Assembly (NCBI GenBank): GCA_021613535.1 | Contig: CP075494.1 | Coordinates: forward strand, 16,554,001 to 16,618,000 | Direction: 5' to 3' | DNA: 64,000 nt | Source of the DNA: Adineta vaga | Taxonomy: Eukaryota; Animalia; Rotifera | In this document: positions 11,410 through 24,760 of the stretch, one piece after another | Position numbering within the stretch: position 1 is the first letter of the stretch | How the letters are laid out: every line of letters starts with the position of its first letter | Made by a program: the position numbers and the translations under genes | Notes under the pieces: model-generated | What the model saw: only the letters and a program-made list of their open reading frames with translations | What the model was told of the DNA's origin: nothing | Databases searched by the model: none

Positions 11410-14400
11410 TTAGTGCGGCATGATACGTTGTTTGAAAAAGAACTTGTTACCAATTTTGAAAATAGAAGGAATAGCAAGCATGAGCACAAGGCTGAGACCT
11501 CCGTAGAGAACGAGAACTGTTTTTGTAACATAGAGAAGATTGAAACGATTGGAAAGTATATATGAACATGTTTTAGGTTGACATGCATAGAAATAACTTT
11601 CATTCGAAACATTTATATACCATTGCTCGATAAAAAGTTCAGAGACAATAGAATCAATTTTTGTATTGCTAATTGGATGAAAGCGAGTGCGATTGATGTT
11701 CAATGTAGAAAAGTTTAAAGAAGAATTAAGCCTATCAGTAATCATGTTAAGACATGTTTGATCATATAAGCATTCGAACGTAGATAAAAGCATCGATTCA
11801 AGAGGTAAACAACCAATAAACATTCCAGGTACTACCCATGATGAGTTAGATGTTAATTTCAAACTCATTTCTTCTATACATGATGATGACGTCGCACAAT
11901 TGCAGGTTGACACGTTATATTCTTGGGGTTTCATGTAGATAATACCTTCCATCTCATTGAGAAGTACTGGATACCAATTCATACCAAATGCTGAAACTAA
12001 ACCATTACTCGAATACATACCTCGAATTAATCGAAGAGAATTAAGAAAATTCGTCGATATTGAATTAGAAATAAAGTCTGAAATCGTAGTATTCATTTTC
12101 TTCTGCAATATATTGAATTCGATCATATTGGTTGAGATGAGAGTCGAATTTAAGAAGAGAGAAAGCTCATTGTTAACAGCATTAATGCTTGTTTTACATA
12201 TGCCTTGTAAGGCTTGAAAATGTAAAACAGCTGCACCTTGAAATTTGAAAATAGCTGTACTGTCATATTTGGTGAAATCTAATGGTATATCGATTGCATC
12301 TAAATAGGTTTTATAGATCATTGTTGTCCAATCACTTCGTGACATAATAAAATCACTTGAACATATATCATGAAACGATGGATTAAGATCAATGAAAGTA
12401 TAATAAGGAATTGATAGATTTGTACATAAACAATCAACTGATTGACGAAAATCTTTGTAAATTTCTAATGTAGGTTTGTTAATAGTGATTGTTTTTGTTT
12501 CACGGGTGAACAAAGTTACGAGCACAATAATACTGATTGTTGAGATAAGTATTAAAATATAGACACGTGTCCATTGTCGTTGAGCATGCAATTCATCTTC
12601 TGGAGGACTTGGCTTGTTAACATTTTCGAATAAGTTCAATGTGTCGAAAACCTGACGAACTTTCTTCCAGATCACGACAAGATAAGTTCGAATACGAAAA
12701 CAACCTATCGTTTTACGTAGATGATTACATAGTTAAATATGACGAAAAGTTTTAGGTGGATCTCTTTAAAACTCATAGATGTCATAATAATATTACGCCG
12801 ATAATATCAAGAGGTAAAACGTCAACATATTATACAGAACAATCAACTAAAGATGTCTCTGTTTCACATCACATATCTAATGGTAAAAACTAACGACTTT
12901 AGTACCCCGCTGTGGCGAAATATAACTCTCGAGCATAATGTACATTAAATATCTTAAAATGCACTTAGCGCAAGCTTACAGTAGTTTTTTGTTTTCAGGG
13001 TGTGGGTGTGGGTGAAAAGTTCTTGTGGTACTCACAACCCCCCATACTCGCATCTATATCCCCATCTACACCCACATTCTCAAGATGGATTATATTTCTT
13101 TGATTTGTTTTTACCTTTTCTTTGAATCGTCGGTGAAGGCTCTTGTGATTGGCCATGTCGACGACAATAAGTAAAAATAAATGTCACAATAAATGGTGAT
13201 ATAAATCGAAAAAGAACCGATAAACCACCAAACAGACCAATGACAGTTGTAATTACTGAATTTATAGTTGGTCGTTGGTTAATTGTGTATGAACATGAAC
13301 GAGATTGGCATTGTTCAAAATAGGTCGCATAGCTGAATGTTTCATTCCATGATTCAATAAACAAATTGTTAATGAGTAAAGCAAATGTTCCATTGATCGA
13401 AAATTGACTTGATCGTGACAATGCTGTAAAGTTATTTGGATAACTAATAGATGCTAATGTTACAACATTATCAATACATGATTGATTATAAAAACATATT
13501 AATTCTGACACTGACAATGATTCAGACCAATAAATTGACGTATATATTCCAGGAATCCAATGATCTGTAGGATTTCCATATTGATCATAAGTTCGTATGT
13601 ATGCGGCGAATCTACACTCTCGATCGATAATAGCTGAACAGTAATAACCATTTATATTACTATTTCCGTTATTATCATTTTGTAATAAGGTTGTTCTTAA
13701 ATGGCCTGTTTCATTGTCAACATGTATATCGAAATTTGATCGAGATACAGTCGCGAATTGATTGACTTGCGTTGTTTCACGTATCAATTGAAGCGTATGT
13801 GAAAAACGATTAGGTATAACAAGTTTAAAGTGGTTTACTAATGAAGCCATTTCTGAAGCGAAAAGATCAGGAGTAATAAGATTTGATTTAACAAATTGTG
13901 TTTCATAGAATGTACGAAGTGCACTGTTAACTGTATCATTGGCTAATTGACAATATGATTGCAGAAGTCGATACATAGGCCCGCTTACTCGAAAATCATT
14001 GAAAAAACCAGTAGACACAGATGTTAAACTTTTAATCCAATTTTCTGATACAAAATCACTGGAACATATTTCATGGTAAGTAGGATTAAGTTCAATGAAA
14101 TACTTTATTGATACTGAAAGTTGTGAGCATGGACATTGAAATTCTGATACACCGTCTTGCTGTTGTAAGTTTAAAACTGTATTCAAAGAAGGATTAATCA
14201 AATTAATTTGTATTATTTGCAGTGTCACCGTTGTATACACTGTGATTATAGTGAGAGTGAATGAGAGAAAGAAAATGTAGAATCGAGTTGACCATTGTTG
14301 TTGATTAATATCAGAAGGTTGAACATGAATGGCCGATTTAAAAAGATTAATTTCATATAGAGAACGATAAAGTCGTTGTAACCAGTTTGATGAAGATTGT

Positions 14401-15653
14401 ATCATTGGTGCTGACTGTTTGCGTCGAAACAGAAATTTGATAATAATTGGTGTTATAAAACGAAGAGCAATTGAAAGACCACCATATAATCCAAGTAAAG
14501 TAACGATAATATAAACAATGTTAAAACGCTTGTTAATCGTATAGGCACATGATTTTGGTGCACATTGATCAAAATAAGATGTGTACGTGATATTTTGTGT
14601 CCATTTCTCAATGAAATTTGCCTTAACTATATTTGCTATAGTTGTATTATTTGAATCGAAAATAGTTGGTTCATATATGTCTAGAGATGGAAAGTATACC
14701 GATGAATTCGTAAAGTATTGTAAAAATGAATTCAGAAATGTCTGATTGTAGAAACTTTTGAGCGTCGAATCAACAAGGGAATCCATAGGACGACAACCAG
14801 TATACCATCCGTCTATAATATCCGAATATGCATAATTAAGCCATGAACTATCGTAAAGATGATCAGAGAAGAAACCTCCTGGTATGCTACATGTGGGTGT
14901 GATAGTACAATCACAATAAATGCCATCCATTAGGAAAGTAGCATCAGTAAAAAACATATTATGCCAAAAGTTTCCCTCTAGACCTGGATATTCATAAGCA
15001 TACAATAGTAAAACAGTTTCGATTGCCGGTACAAGATCATTGGCAATAATAAGATCTTGAATAAATAAATATGTATAAAAGAATGCATCAGGTCCATTCA
15101 CTTGAAAGGCATTAATATCAGCTTGTATTTGAGCTATTAGACGAGTTTGACTTAATAACTTTTCACTAATCAATTCAGTGTTGAGAAATGAACGAAGATT
15201 ATCATCTGTTGATTGAGCACTTGTTCGACAAAGAATGGCAAGTAGTTGAAACTGTTGACTACCAGTTGAACGAAAATCAGCAGCATGATAAAAAGGTGTT
15301 GTTGCTGGATTAAACAGTAAATTAATCCATTCATTTGTAATAAATTGACTAGAACAAACTTGATGATACGTCGGTATAAGTTGAATGAATTGTCCATAAG
15401 ATATGGAGACATCTGAACAAATACATTCAATTGAATATTTATTTTCCAATTGTTCGTATAAATCAAAAGTCGGATTTTGAATTTCAATACGCCAATTGAT
15501 GATTTCTAATGATGCATAAATACTAAGAATTAAAATAGCAAATGAGAAAATAAGAAGATAAAGACGAGTAGACCAACGTTGAAGTCGTACACTATGATAA
15601 TCAATAGCATTTGTCTCAAAAAGGTTAAAGTCGAACAACCATCGACTACACAT
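11410..15653 (-). CDS. About 1280-aa membrane protein with three tandem TM-Cys-rich loop-TM modules (exons 15653-13115 and 12704-11410)
   Basis: Donor AAAG|gtaaaa (phase 1) at 13115 and acceptor cgatag|GT at 12704 join the two ORFs in frame; each module has QxWxTRxY-TM, CxCxxxS..FI.L.P.xHxxCSS.F, and CxxxxCxY..TM with LxGGLS. Confidence 0.8.
12996..13086. repeat. Telomere-hexamer inverted-repeat element (intronic)
   Basis: CAGGGTGTGGGTGTGGGTG...CTACACCCACATTCTCAAGAT. Confidence 0.75.
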
Positions 15654-16080
15654 TATTATTTCTCTGTCGTTTAACAAAATAATAAATTGTTACTTTTTCT
15701 GCTTTCTTTTTTTTTCAAAATGATCAGTTTATAACTGAACAAGTAAGTAATTAAGGTAAATGCTAAATAAAACTGGCTCTACTTTCTCGTCAAAATGAGC
15801 GTAACTCTCGTTTTTTAGAAGAAAAAAAATATTCATAAATAAACTGTTCTTCTTTCTCAACAAAAAGAAACAAGTTGTTAACGTTATGCATGAAAAAAGA
15901 AGAAAGTTTGCTCAAACTTGAGTGAGATTGTTTTTTTAACATGGTAGGGGTTTTTTTCTCATAAAAAATATTCTTAATAAACTTAATTAGGGCAGTGAAT
16001 ATATCTAGGTATGTCAATCTTTAGAAACGACAATTTTTGCAATCTCGTTTCTTTGCCATTTTCACATGTTGTACATTTTG

Positions 16081-16370
16081 CTTGAGGGTGTGGGTGGGAG
16101 CAAAACGTTTATGAGCAAAGATCCTTCAATGTCGACGACATCCAAAAATACATCAGTTGGTGTGGAGATACAATGTTCCATATAGCTACATACTGGTCGT
16201 GAGCGACATGATAGTAGTCGAATGGTTCTCTGTAGCTTCCGACAGACAAACTTTCAGTATTGCTTTCTTCCTTTAGACATGTGAAATACGCCTTAATGTT
16301 GCTGGTGTAGACAAATTCATATGGACTAAATCCGAACAAATCTCTATGTAATTACTCACCCATACTTAAG
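16081..16370. repeat. Telomere-hexamer element half (16081-16098) with a possible degenerate partner arm at 16355-16370, enclosing a coding-like fragment
   Basis: CTTGAGGGTGTGGGTGGG ... CTCACCCATACTTAAG. Confidence 0.5.
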
Positions 16371-16863
16371 TTAAGAGACAAAACGTGAATCTTTAGCTTA
16401 TTTCTGCTTTTTTTCCCTTCCACTTACATCGTCTTCACCACTACAACATTTAAGTATATGAACCGCCACATACACTATTAAAACTACGATTATAAAACGT
16501 AAACAAACACTCTACACCTTGAAAATACGAGAAAAGTTGCACATAACTTGTCACTGTCAATCAGTACTATTAAGTTAAATTCTTCCATTTCGATTGCATT
16601 TGCGAATTTTGAATATATCATACACACAAACACTGAGCATTATATATATATAAAAGATACATGATATTATTGGAAATTCAGAGAAAAATGATAAATTATC
16701 TCAAACATCAAATGATTCGCATTTTCTTATAATTAATCCAAGTTTTATTTATTGAACAATAAATGATCGAATATTTGATATGACAATATATTTGATCAAA
16801 TCAATATTATAAAGAAAATCGTTGAAGTTTTTATTTAATTGAATACAAGAATGTCTCTTATTT

Positions 16864-18060
16864 TTATAAAATACAAGTTTTATTTTCACCTACAAGCCAC
16901 AAGTAATTTTTTTTCATTAATTCTAATTTATTTTCAACCCATGAATTGAAATGAATGATAAACCGTCGAAAGAAAGGATTGATTTTTTGAAGTTGAATTA
17001 TTTCATTCCAATATTGATTATTTAATGAACCAAATATATGTCCATTTATATAAGATCTTTGATCTAACAAACGTAATTTAATCGAATTATTTGTTTTTAT
17101 ACTTGTATTTTTTCGTTTTAATCCTAATGGAAATGGTTCAACAAGCCAAGTACGAGAAGAATCATAAAGAAATTTATTATTTAAAGAATCGTAACGATTA
17201 TTTAAAAGCAAATCCATTGTCCATTGATCATTAGCTTTTGAATCAATTATCATTATTTTATTTAAATCTTTAAGTAAATCAATCGTTGGTTTTGTAGGAC
17301 GCATAAGAAAAAATCCACCACATATTGGTGGTACAAAAGGTTTTCCTTCAAATGGATCTTTTAATTGATTATAGAAATTTCGAGCATCTGTACTATAAAT
17401 TAAATCTTCAATTTCATGACGATCTTCATTGAAAAAAAGATCATTTAATGGATCATTCAAAAAAACAATATCAGCATCCATAAAAATAAATGAAAGATGA
17501 AATTGTTCAAGAAATAATAAATAAACTGATATTCTATGACGCATTAATTCGTAATATTCATTTGTTCCAATAACTTGTATAGTTTTAATTTGATCAAATT
17601 TTGAATGAAAATGATAAATACCAAATGAAAGATTATTTTTATCTCGATAAGATTCTAAATCTTTAACAGCAGATTGATCTATTGCCCAAAAAATCAATTT
17701 TTTTGCAAGTAAATCTGCATGAGCTTTTCGTAATGAACATAAAAGATTATAAGCTACAGATAACATATCACTATTAACTTGAACAATTGCAATTGTACCA
17801 GGTCGAAGAAAATAATCAGAAAATGACATACCACCAATAAGAACAGGAGAATACCATGATGAAAAATTATTACTCGAATCTATGAAAATATAATTCAATT
17901 TTTAAAAGAAAAAATATTTATTTCCTTTTTTCATTTTCAACATACTTAAAGAATGATTTGATACGGATAAAGATCGAGTGAATAATTCCATATGAAGAAA
18001 TCCAGAAGAGATAAAAACAAAAATTAAACATATTGAAAATAAATAAATAAAACGCCGCAT
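16864..18060 (-). CDS. Type II membrane nucleotide-diphospho-sugar transferase (GT77/Nucleotid_trans-like); exons 18060-17946 and 17879-16864
   Basis: N-terminal anchor MRRFIYLFSICLIFVFISSG; DxD motif FMDADIVFLNDP; ICGGFFLMRPT; NDQ; IIHFN. Confidence 0.8.
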
Positions 18061-18174
18061 TATTCTTTAATGAAAAACTTTGAAATTAATATAATTTTAA
18101 TAATAATTATTGTTCATCTCTTTTATCTAAAAGATAAATATGAACCCGTGTGAAATTTTTTTTCTTATTAACAT

Positions 18175-18335
18175 CCCAGGTCGAACTCACCCTGTCGGAT
18201 CGGATAGGAATTCGCCGGAAGTTGCCGGAATCCTGTTGCCAAGATTCCGGTAACTTCCGACAACTTCCGGCGAATTCTCCATCGAATCCGATGGTTTTTT
18301 CGCCGGAATCCGCCTGTCAGATCGAATAACCTGGG
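18175..18335. mobile_element. 161-bp MITE with CCCAGGT...ACCTGGG ends and 2-bp AT flanks
   Basis: Terminal inverted repeats, internal CCGGAA/GAATTC palindromic repeats, AT on both sides. Confidence 0.7.
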
Positions 18336-18857
18336 ATGTTGGAGAACAAAGGACCAAACGAAAAATCTGATGCGTCTGGACGCAGCTGTCGTTGATATTT
18401 TGCTTCAAATGCGTTTAAACGCATCTCGAAAACACGTTTCTCTCTCCTAGTGAAACAAGAGATACAGCAAACGCGTTTTTTCTGCGTTTGAAAGTTACAT
18501 GGGACAGTCTTAAGAATTGATTGAGTGTGAGCGGATGAGAAAAATTCATATGATTTCTTTTATAAAAATGACTAACATATGAATCATTCTAAATTTCAGC
18601 AATCGAGAACACTGATATCGTTCATTTAAATTTTCATCGGCTATTCATTTTGTCATTTCTCCATCAGATTGATAATTTTTTTCGTTACACTTTCAATTAG
18701 TAACAAGAAGTTTTTCATTTTTATGTCAGAATTCAAATCTAACAAAAAAACCTTATCGATTTCTCTTCATTCTAAAGTGTAAGATATTTTATCACAGGAT
18801 TCAACTTTTCTCAAGACTGATTTGTTTAAATATACATTTCAATCATATTCTTTGTAC

Positions 18858-19093
18858 ATATAGTGCTGGCCAAAATTATAAGAACAAGACTTTTTTTAAT
18901 GTATTAACGAATTTTTATCTCCCTTTTCTCTGCTTTAATACATTGATCTATCAAATAGTATAGATGTATTCAAGTACTTGAATACATCTATACTATTTGA
19001 TAGATCAATGTATTAAAGCAGAGAAAAGGGAGATAAAAATTCGTTAATACATTAAAAAAAGTCTTGTTCTTATAATTTTGGCCAGCACTATAT
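18858..19093. mobile_element. Perfect 236-bp palindrome, Tc1-like foldback
   Basis: Arms are exact reverse complements about CAAGT|ACTTG (18975/18976); ends TA-TAGTGCTGGCCAAAA resemble the Tc1 terminus CAGTGCTGGCCAAAA. Confidence 0.8.
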
Positions 19094-19329
19094 TTCTCAT
19101 TCGTGAGTATCTTCAGACCACTCTCATCGAATTCAGTTAAAAAAACAATGTAATTAAAGTTACAACGTAATAAAAAGAATACAATACTTACTAATGCTTT
19201 TATATAATATGTTAGATGTTATTTCATAATACCTTACCTTGATATGATTATACTTCAGTATTGAAGATAAATGTGTTTTGCTCAAAATATATATAAATGA
19301 TTCACTCTCACACATGTAATCCAGCTTCT

Positions 19330-19589
19330 TTCGTTTTTCGTTTCCACTCCCTGTTCTATCTGTTTCTTTACCATACCACTAAGACTTTTCACACGTCATT
19401 CCATGTACGTACGCTATTTTTACATATACTTTCTTTTCTTTCGTTCTGTTTCTTTATTTATGGACAAAAGACATAATTCATGTGTCCTTTTTTTCTCATC
19501 CAGCTGATGTATACAACGATACTATCCGTTGATTCTATGTAGTTTAATTTATACAATAAAGCTTTGCTACCAAAAAAAAATAAAAAAAA
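19330..19589 (+). mobile_element. Possible 3' tail of a non-LTR retroelement or retrocopy
   Basis: AATAAA (19555-19560) followed 11 nt later by an A-rich tract; no ORF. Confidence 0.3.
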
Positions 19590-20810
19590 CGAAACTCATT
19601 TCAATGCACATATTTATGATAAGAGGAATATATAAAACGAATGGTGGTATTGAATAATATGGTTTTGTCCTTGTTTAAGGTGCTCGTCAGATGGCTTTCT
19701 TATTTCAATTTGATTTAATCTAAAATTAATCATATTCAATTTAAAGAAATATCGTCAGTCAATAATTAGTATTCAGAAAATATCTTTGGACTATTGTAGT
19801 TAATGGAAATAAATGACTCACTGTAGACCATGCATCGTTGTGAATTGTTATAGTCACTGGTTTCAGATTGGTTTTGATCTCAAATTTTAATCTGTTAATA
19901 GAAATTGGATTGATGTGGAACTTGAAAGATTTGATCTAAAAGGAAAACGAAATTTTTAATTAATTATTTATTAGAATTATCTTTGAAAAAGTAATTGATG
20001 TAATAGGAAAATGTTATCGGATACAATGAAAGAAAGGATCATATATTATAGAGGAAAATAAATATTTTTTCAACGCGAGAAAAGGCGGTGTGGGTTTATA
20101 CGATGCTATGCTCTTAAATCACACCAACATCCTAGTTCTAACGAGAGACGCCTAATTCAAAAATCATATAAGAATTGTTCGTGTCGTAGATGAAGATTCA
20201 ATGGAAAATATTCGACTGATTTCTTATTTGAAATGAAAATATAAAGAATAAATAGATGTCTGTTTTTTAAACTGCTTCTTATTCCTATTCACAACAAGAT
20301 TCATTCGCTCTCATAAATAAACACGAATAAATTATAGATTTAGACTTCTGTGATGTTGTATAACATTCTTTAATGATTATATTGACATTAATTCGCTGAA
20401 CAATTAGAGAATGATGATCTGTTTTACAAAAATAGACAGATAGGAAAACTTAGCATGAAATATAAAATTCGATTTAGTCAACGAGATAAAAATGAAAAGT
20501 GCGAAAAGAAAATCAGTAAAATGAAGAGAATCTGTATTGAATAAATACAAAAAATGATTCTTATCATCAATATGGAATAAAATATAAAAGTTTTTCTCTT
20601 AAATATCTTTTGTTAATAAATATTCGTCTAAATCTTATTCAAGAAAATTAGTTATATTTCTATTTAATTTTGATTAATCAAAATAAATAAACTGCGAGGT
20701 TCGTAAACATATCATCGAAATCAGCAGTTATATGTAAATTATATTTTTCCACTTCTTCTTTTATCAAGGATATTCGATAACCATCTGAATTTACTTGAAT
20801 TTCTATGTAA

Positions 20811-20860
20811 GATGAGGATGAGAATACACTTTGAATTGAATTTTCGCCCACACCCTTGAA
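20811..20860. repeat. Degenerate telomere-hexamer element
   Basis: GATGAGGATGAGAA...TTTTCGCCCACACCCTTGAA. Confidence 0.5.
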
Positions 20861-21446
20861 CTAGATACGCTCGAATTTAACAATAAAATGGTGATAATAA
20901 TCTCCAATTAATATGTGCAGCAATGATAACAACATGAGATAGAAGACCTGTAAGTATATGGGTAAGTTTTATCACAGATGATAGAATTAAATAGAATGTA
21001 CATTAACTTTCTCGAAAGGTTCAAAGACTAAGAAAAACGATAATGTTAAGTAATTCACCGAGAATATTACAGATAAGAATGATCCAACCAAATGGTCTTT
21101 GGAAAGTATCATAATTGCTATAATAGTCGTTATCAGCGAATTTCAAAAAGCAACATCTATTCAATGATTCTAATGATATTCTTATATTAATTTCAATAAA
21201 AGACAAATCTTTTCTTTGATTTTATTTGATTCTTAATTTATGTAATAAATTGAAAAAAGAATTAACAGAATAAAATGATAAATGTAAGTAATAAAAGAAA
21301 ACATAACAATAGAAAACATTTTTCCTATCGAAGATGAGATAAATTAATTGTATTTGGTTGTTCCCAACTACCAATAATAAATAATATAAATATCAATTCT
21401 AATAGAATCAAATGTTCATACAATAAATAAACGAATCGAAGAAAAA

Positions 21447-22870
21447 TTAGAGCACTAAATAAACTATACGTGCTACTATTGGATGATTTGCATCATATTC
21501 ATTTAACATACAACCAAAAATAATCAATTGAATACTAATTATTGATATTGAAAGAATTATTTGAAATATAAAAGATAAAAAAGACGAAAATGATTGTTGT
21601 GTTTTAAAAACAGGAATAAATACTTCAATTTCATTAATAATACAATCATTTGAAGATGGAAATGAAAATCTACCAATATCGTTCATATATATAGAAGGAA
21701 AATTGATTTGACAATGAAATGTTCCATTTAATTGATAAATATTCATATCTGGTAAATTTCTTCCATTAAAAATAGGACCAGATGAAATATCATTAACAAT
21801 ACCATAATTTTCATATAAATTATTTGATGAATATTTTTTTGGTGAAATATTTTCTGGATTATTTAATGAAAAAATAAATGCATTTTTACTTAAACTATAA
21901 ATTGGTAGATGATCTGATGATATTTTCCAATTAATATCAATATAACCACCAAATAAATAATCTTTATTCAATGAAAGAATTATATAGATTTCATCTTTAT
22001 CATCCCAATGATTATGAAATGAAAATGAATTTAAACCATCTATTGAACCTCTAATTTTAAATAATTTATAAAAAATAAATATTTTTTTGTAAATAAAAAC
22101 TAACCTGTAAATTAATATCCATTTTTCAATATGAGAATTTATATTTTTATAAAAATAATTTAAACAATATTGATGTTCTATTGTTAATAGATTTGATTGT
22201 TCAAATGAAGCAATTTCTATAGAATATTGTGTCATATTTACACAAGATATTGGTTCAATTAATACTTTATTATTATTATAAATATTTGTATTAATAATTA
22301 TATTTAATGAAGAATATTTTCTAAATAAAAAATAAATAAGAATAAGAATAGTTAGAATTCCAATGAAAAGAGTTATCATATTTAAGAAAGAATTATTTGA
22401 TCTATGTTCTGTTTGTATTTCATACGTGTATGACAATCATTTTTTATTTATTTACTTGATGATGATGATGATGATACAACTGTTGATTTATATTTGTATG
22501 TGATATAGTAAGATGTTCATTTAAAACTTGTCTGGGTCCTGTCCATGAACAAATATTATGTGAAAATGGACAGAAAATAATCATTTGTGTAGATATTCTT
22601 TGGATATGATCATTGAAATCTCTTCGTTCGAAATTAATCTGTCCACAGATTAAACATTTGACTTTTAATTGATCTACCATATTACGAATTGTACAAGTTG
22701 ATGATGTAAGATCATTGATAAATAAAGGTAATCGACAAAGAGGACAAGATGTTTTTCCTCGTTGAATCCATATTGTTATACATTGACGACAAAATGTTTT
22801 ATCACATGGAGTTTGTACAGGATCAATAAATGGTGTTTGACAAATAGGACATATTAATTCATCATTTATT
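21447..22870 (-). pseudogene. RING + TRAF-type Zn finger + TM + TLDc + TM gene, disrupted
   Basis: INDELICPICQTPFIDPVQTPCDKTFCRQCI...CPLCR; KVKCLICGQ..CSWTGPR; TLDc WILIYR/GSIDG..FH..LFGGY..AFIFSL..GPIF (54-nt intron 22051-22104); MITE at the 5' end and a phase conflict near 22450. Confidence 0.75.
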
Positions 22871-22872
22871 AA

Positions 22873-23104
22873 CCTCTTGAGGCCGGGGTTACTTTTAAGA
22901 AAATAAAGGAAATTTTCGAAATGTTGAAGAGATATATTTATTCATATCGAAAAGGTAAATGAGGTCATAATATGGATCACAGTACAACATATGGATGGTC
23001 TATGTGCTAGCGCAGATCATAACAGCATCATAAGAGGTATATGAAAATCAGTTATGGGTTAATTTGAAACTGGACGTATATATACGTCGCCCGGCCTCAA
23101 GGGG
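22873..23104. mobile_element. piggyBac-type MITE with TTAA target duplication
   Basis: TTAA-CCTCTTGAGGCCGGG ... CCCGGCCTCAAGGGG-TTAA. Confidence 0.9.
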
Positions 23105-23510
23105 TTAAGGAGATATATTTATAGATACATTATTAAAACGTACGATTTGTTTAGTATACATATATTCTTTATCTCTGCTAATAATGATACTATACGATAT
23201 CTTTCTTTGCGAATACAATAATTGAGATAAGTCAAGTTCATGTGTTCATTTAATTTCGAAATGTGATGATATTGATAAACAATAACTATGATGAAACTTG
23301 AAAAAGATGATACAGTTTTAGTACCTTCTAGAAAATGTGATACAACAAAGCTAAAAGAAAGCATCTTGCAAGCTTTGGCTTTTTCATTTTGTTATAAAAT
23401 AAACTTCTGCACCAAATTCAACAGCGAAATTTTACTATAGTCTCACTTTAAAGTTTTCACCGTCAATTCAATTGTCGAAAAATAGTAGATTTTCATCATT
23501 TTAACATGAC

Positions 23511-23583
23511 CTTTGAATGTTAGATGGGTGTGAGTGGGTGTACATAAGGCTATGCTGTTAACTCACATTCACATCCTTAAGAT
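23511..23583. repeat. Degenerate telomere-hexamer element
   Basis: GATGGGTGTGAGTGGGTG...CTCACATTCACATCCTTAAGAT. Confidence 0.6.
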
Positions 23584-23699
23584 AATGTTGATTCCTTTGA
23601 TAATCATTATAGTCTATTTTTATATGCGAACGAATAAGATTGTTATATCGTTGATTTAATTATGTAAATGTTAAAAGAATATTATTGATAAATTCGTAT

Positions 23700-24760
23700 T
23701 TTATCAAATGTTGTGTAATTAGTTGTTAAGAGAAAAACTTTAAACAAACATTAGAAAAAGAAATAATAACAGATAAAAACTTTGGATTCGATTGTTTAAT
23801 AATTTTATAGAATAAGAAAAGTTATAGTTGAACAACGTTGAAATTCTTGACGAAATTTCGAACTTGTTATTATATAAATATAAAAATTTAAAATAAGATT
23901 TTGTGAAAAATTATAAATAGTTAAGTGAATTGATGATCAGTAAAACGTAAATATCTTCTTCTATGAATATATTGAACATTATCAATTAGTATAATATAAG
24001 ATATAATTGAAGAAAAGAAATTTTCATGTATTTGAAACATATATCGATCAGTAATTGCAAGAACAATAAACTATAAAGTAAAAGTAAGTGAAAGATAAGT
24101 TTAAAAATGTCGTATTTGATATGTAATCTAATTTTCGATTATCGTCAAAATAACGTGTTATTAAAACAAAAACAATTGTTATGATTTGAATCAATTAAAA
24201 AATAGAATGAATATGGATATATTCGTAATACACGACGAGTAAATATAATTAACAAATGTATCAAATAAAATTTGAATAATTGAAAATATTTGATTGATTC
24301 AATATATGTTGAGATTTCTATTTAGTTTGAGATATTAAACATTCGCATAATTTATAATCGTATAATCAATAAATTAAATCAGACCATTTAACGTTTAATG
24401 ATGATAATTGCGTTGCAGATTTTAATAAATACGGTGATTCAAATGTTTAGTATTTGATAAATTAACAATTCTTTGAAGATCTGCTCTTCAAGATTGTGTT
24501 ATATATCATGTGTAGATCTCCAAATGATAGAGAATCAATTTTAGAAAAGCATGAACACGAAATTGAACTTTGAAAATCTTTAAATGATAGGTAATACAAA
24601 TGTGATGAAATTTTTCCAACTATAAGCATCGATCACTGTCTAAGTGTTCTTTTTAGCAGCATAAAAAGGGAAGAAATGTTACTTTGAACATTATCAATAT
24701 GTAATGTTTTAAGATTATTTGCAGGACTGTGTTACCATACTTAAAATCATCTATTCTCAC
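23700..24760 (-). pseudogene. Decayed F-box/LRR-like family gene (boundaries approximate)
   Basis: DAYSWKNFITFVLP/HLKIFKVQF read across a frameshift near 24590; same motif type as NSNHWEQYL..INKFDFRF at 49.9 kb. Confidence 0.45.

Noticed and set aside
11957-15487. ORFs 11957-12217 (+) and 15170-15487 (-)
   Set aside because: Antisense or off-frame shadows of the three-module membrane gene.
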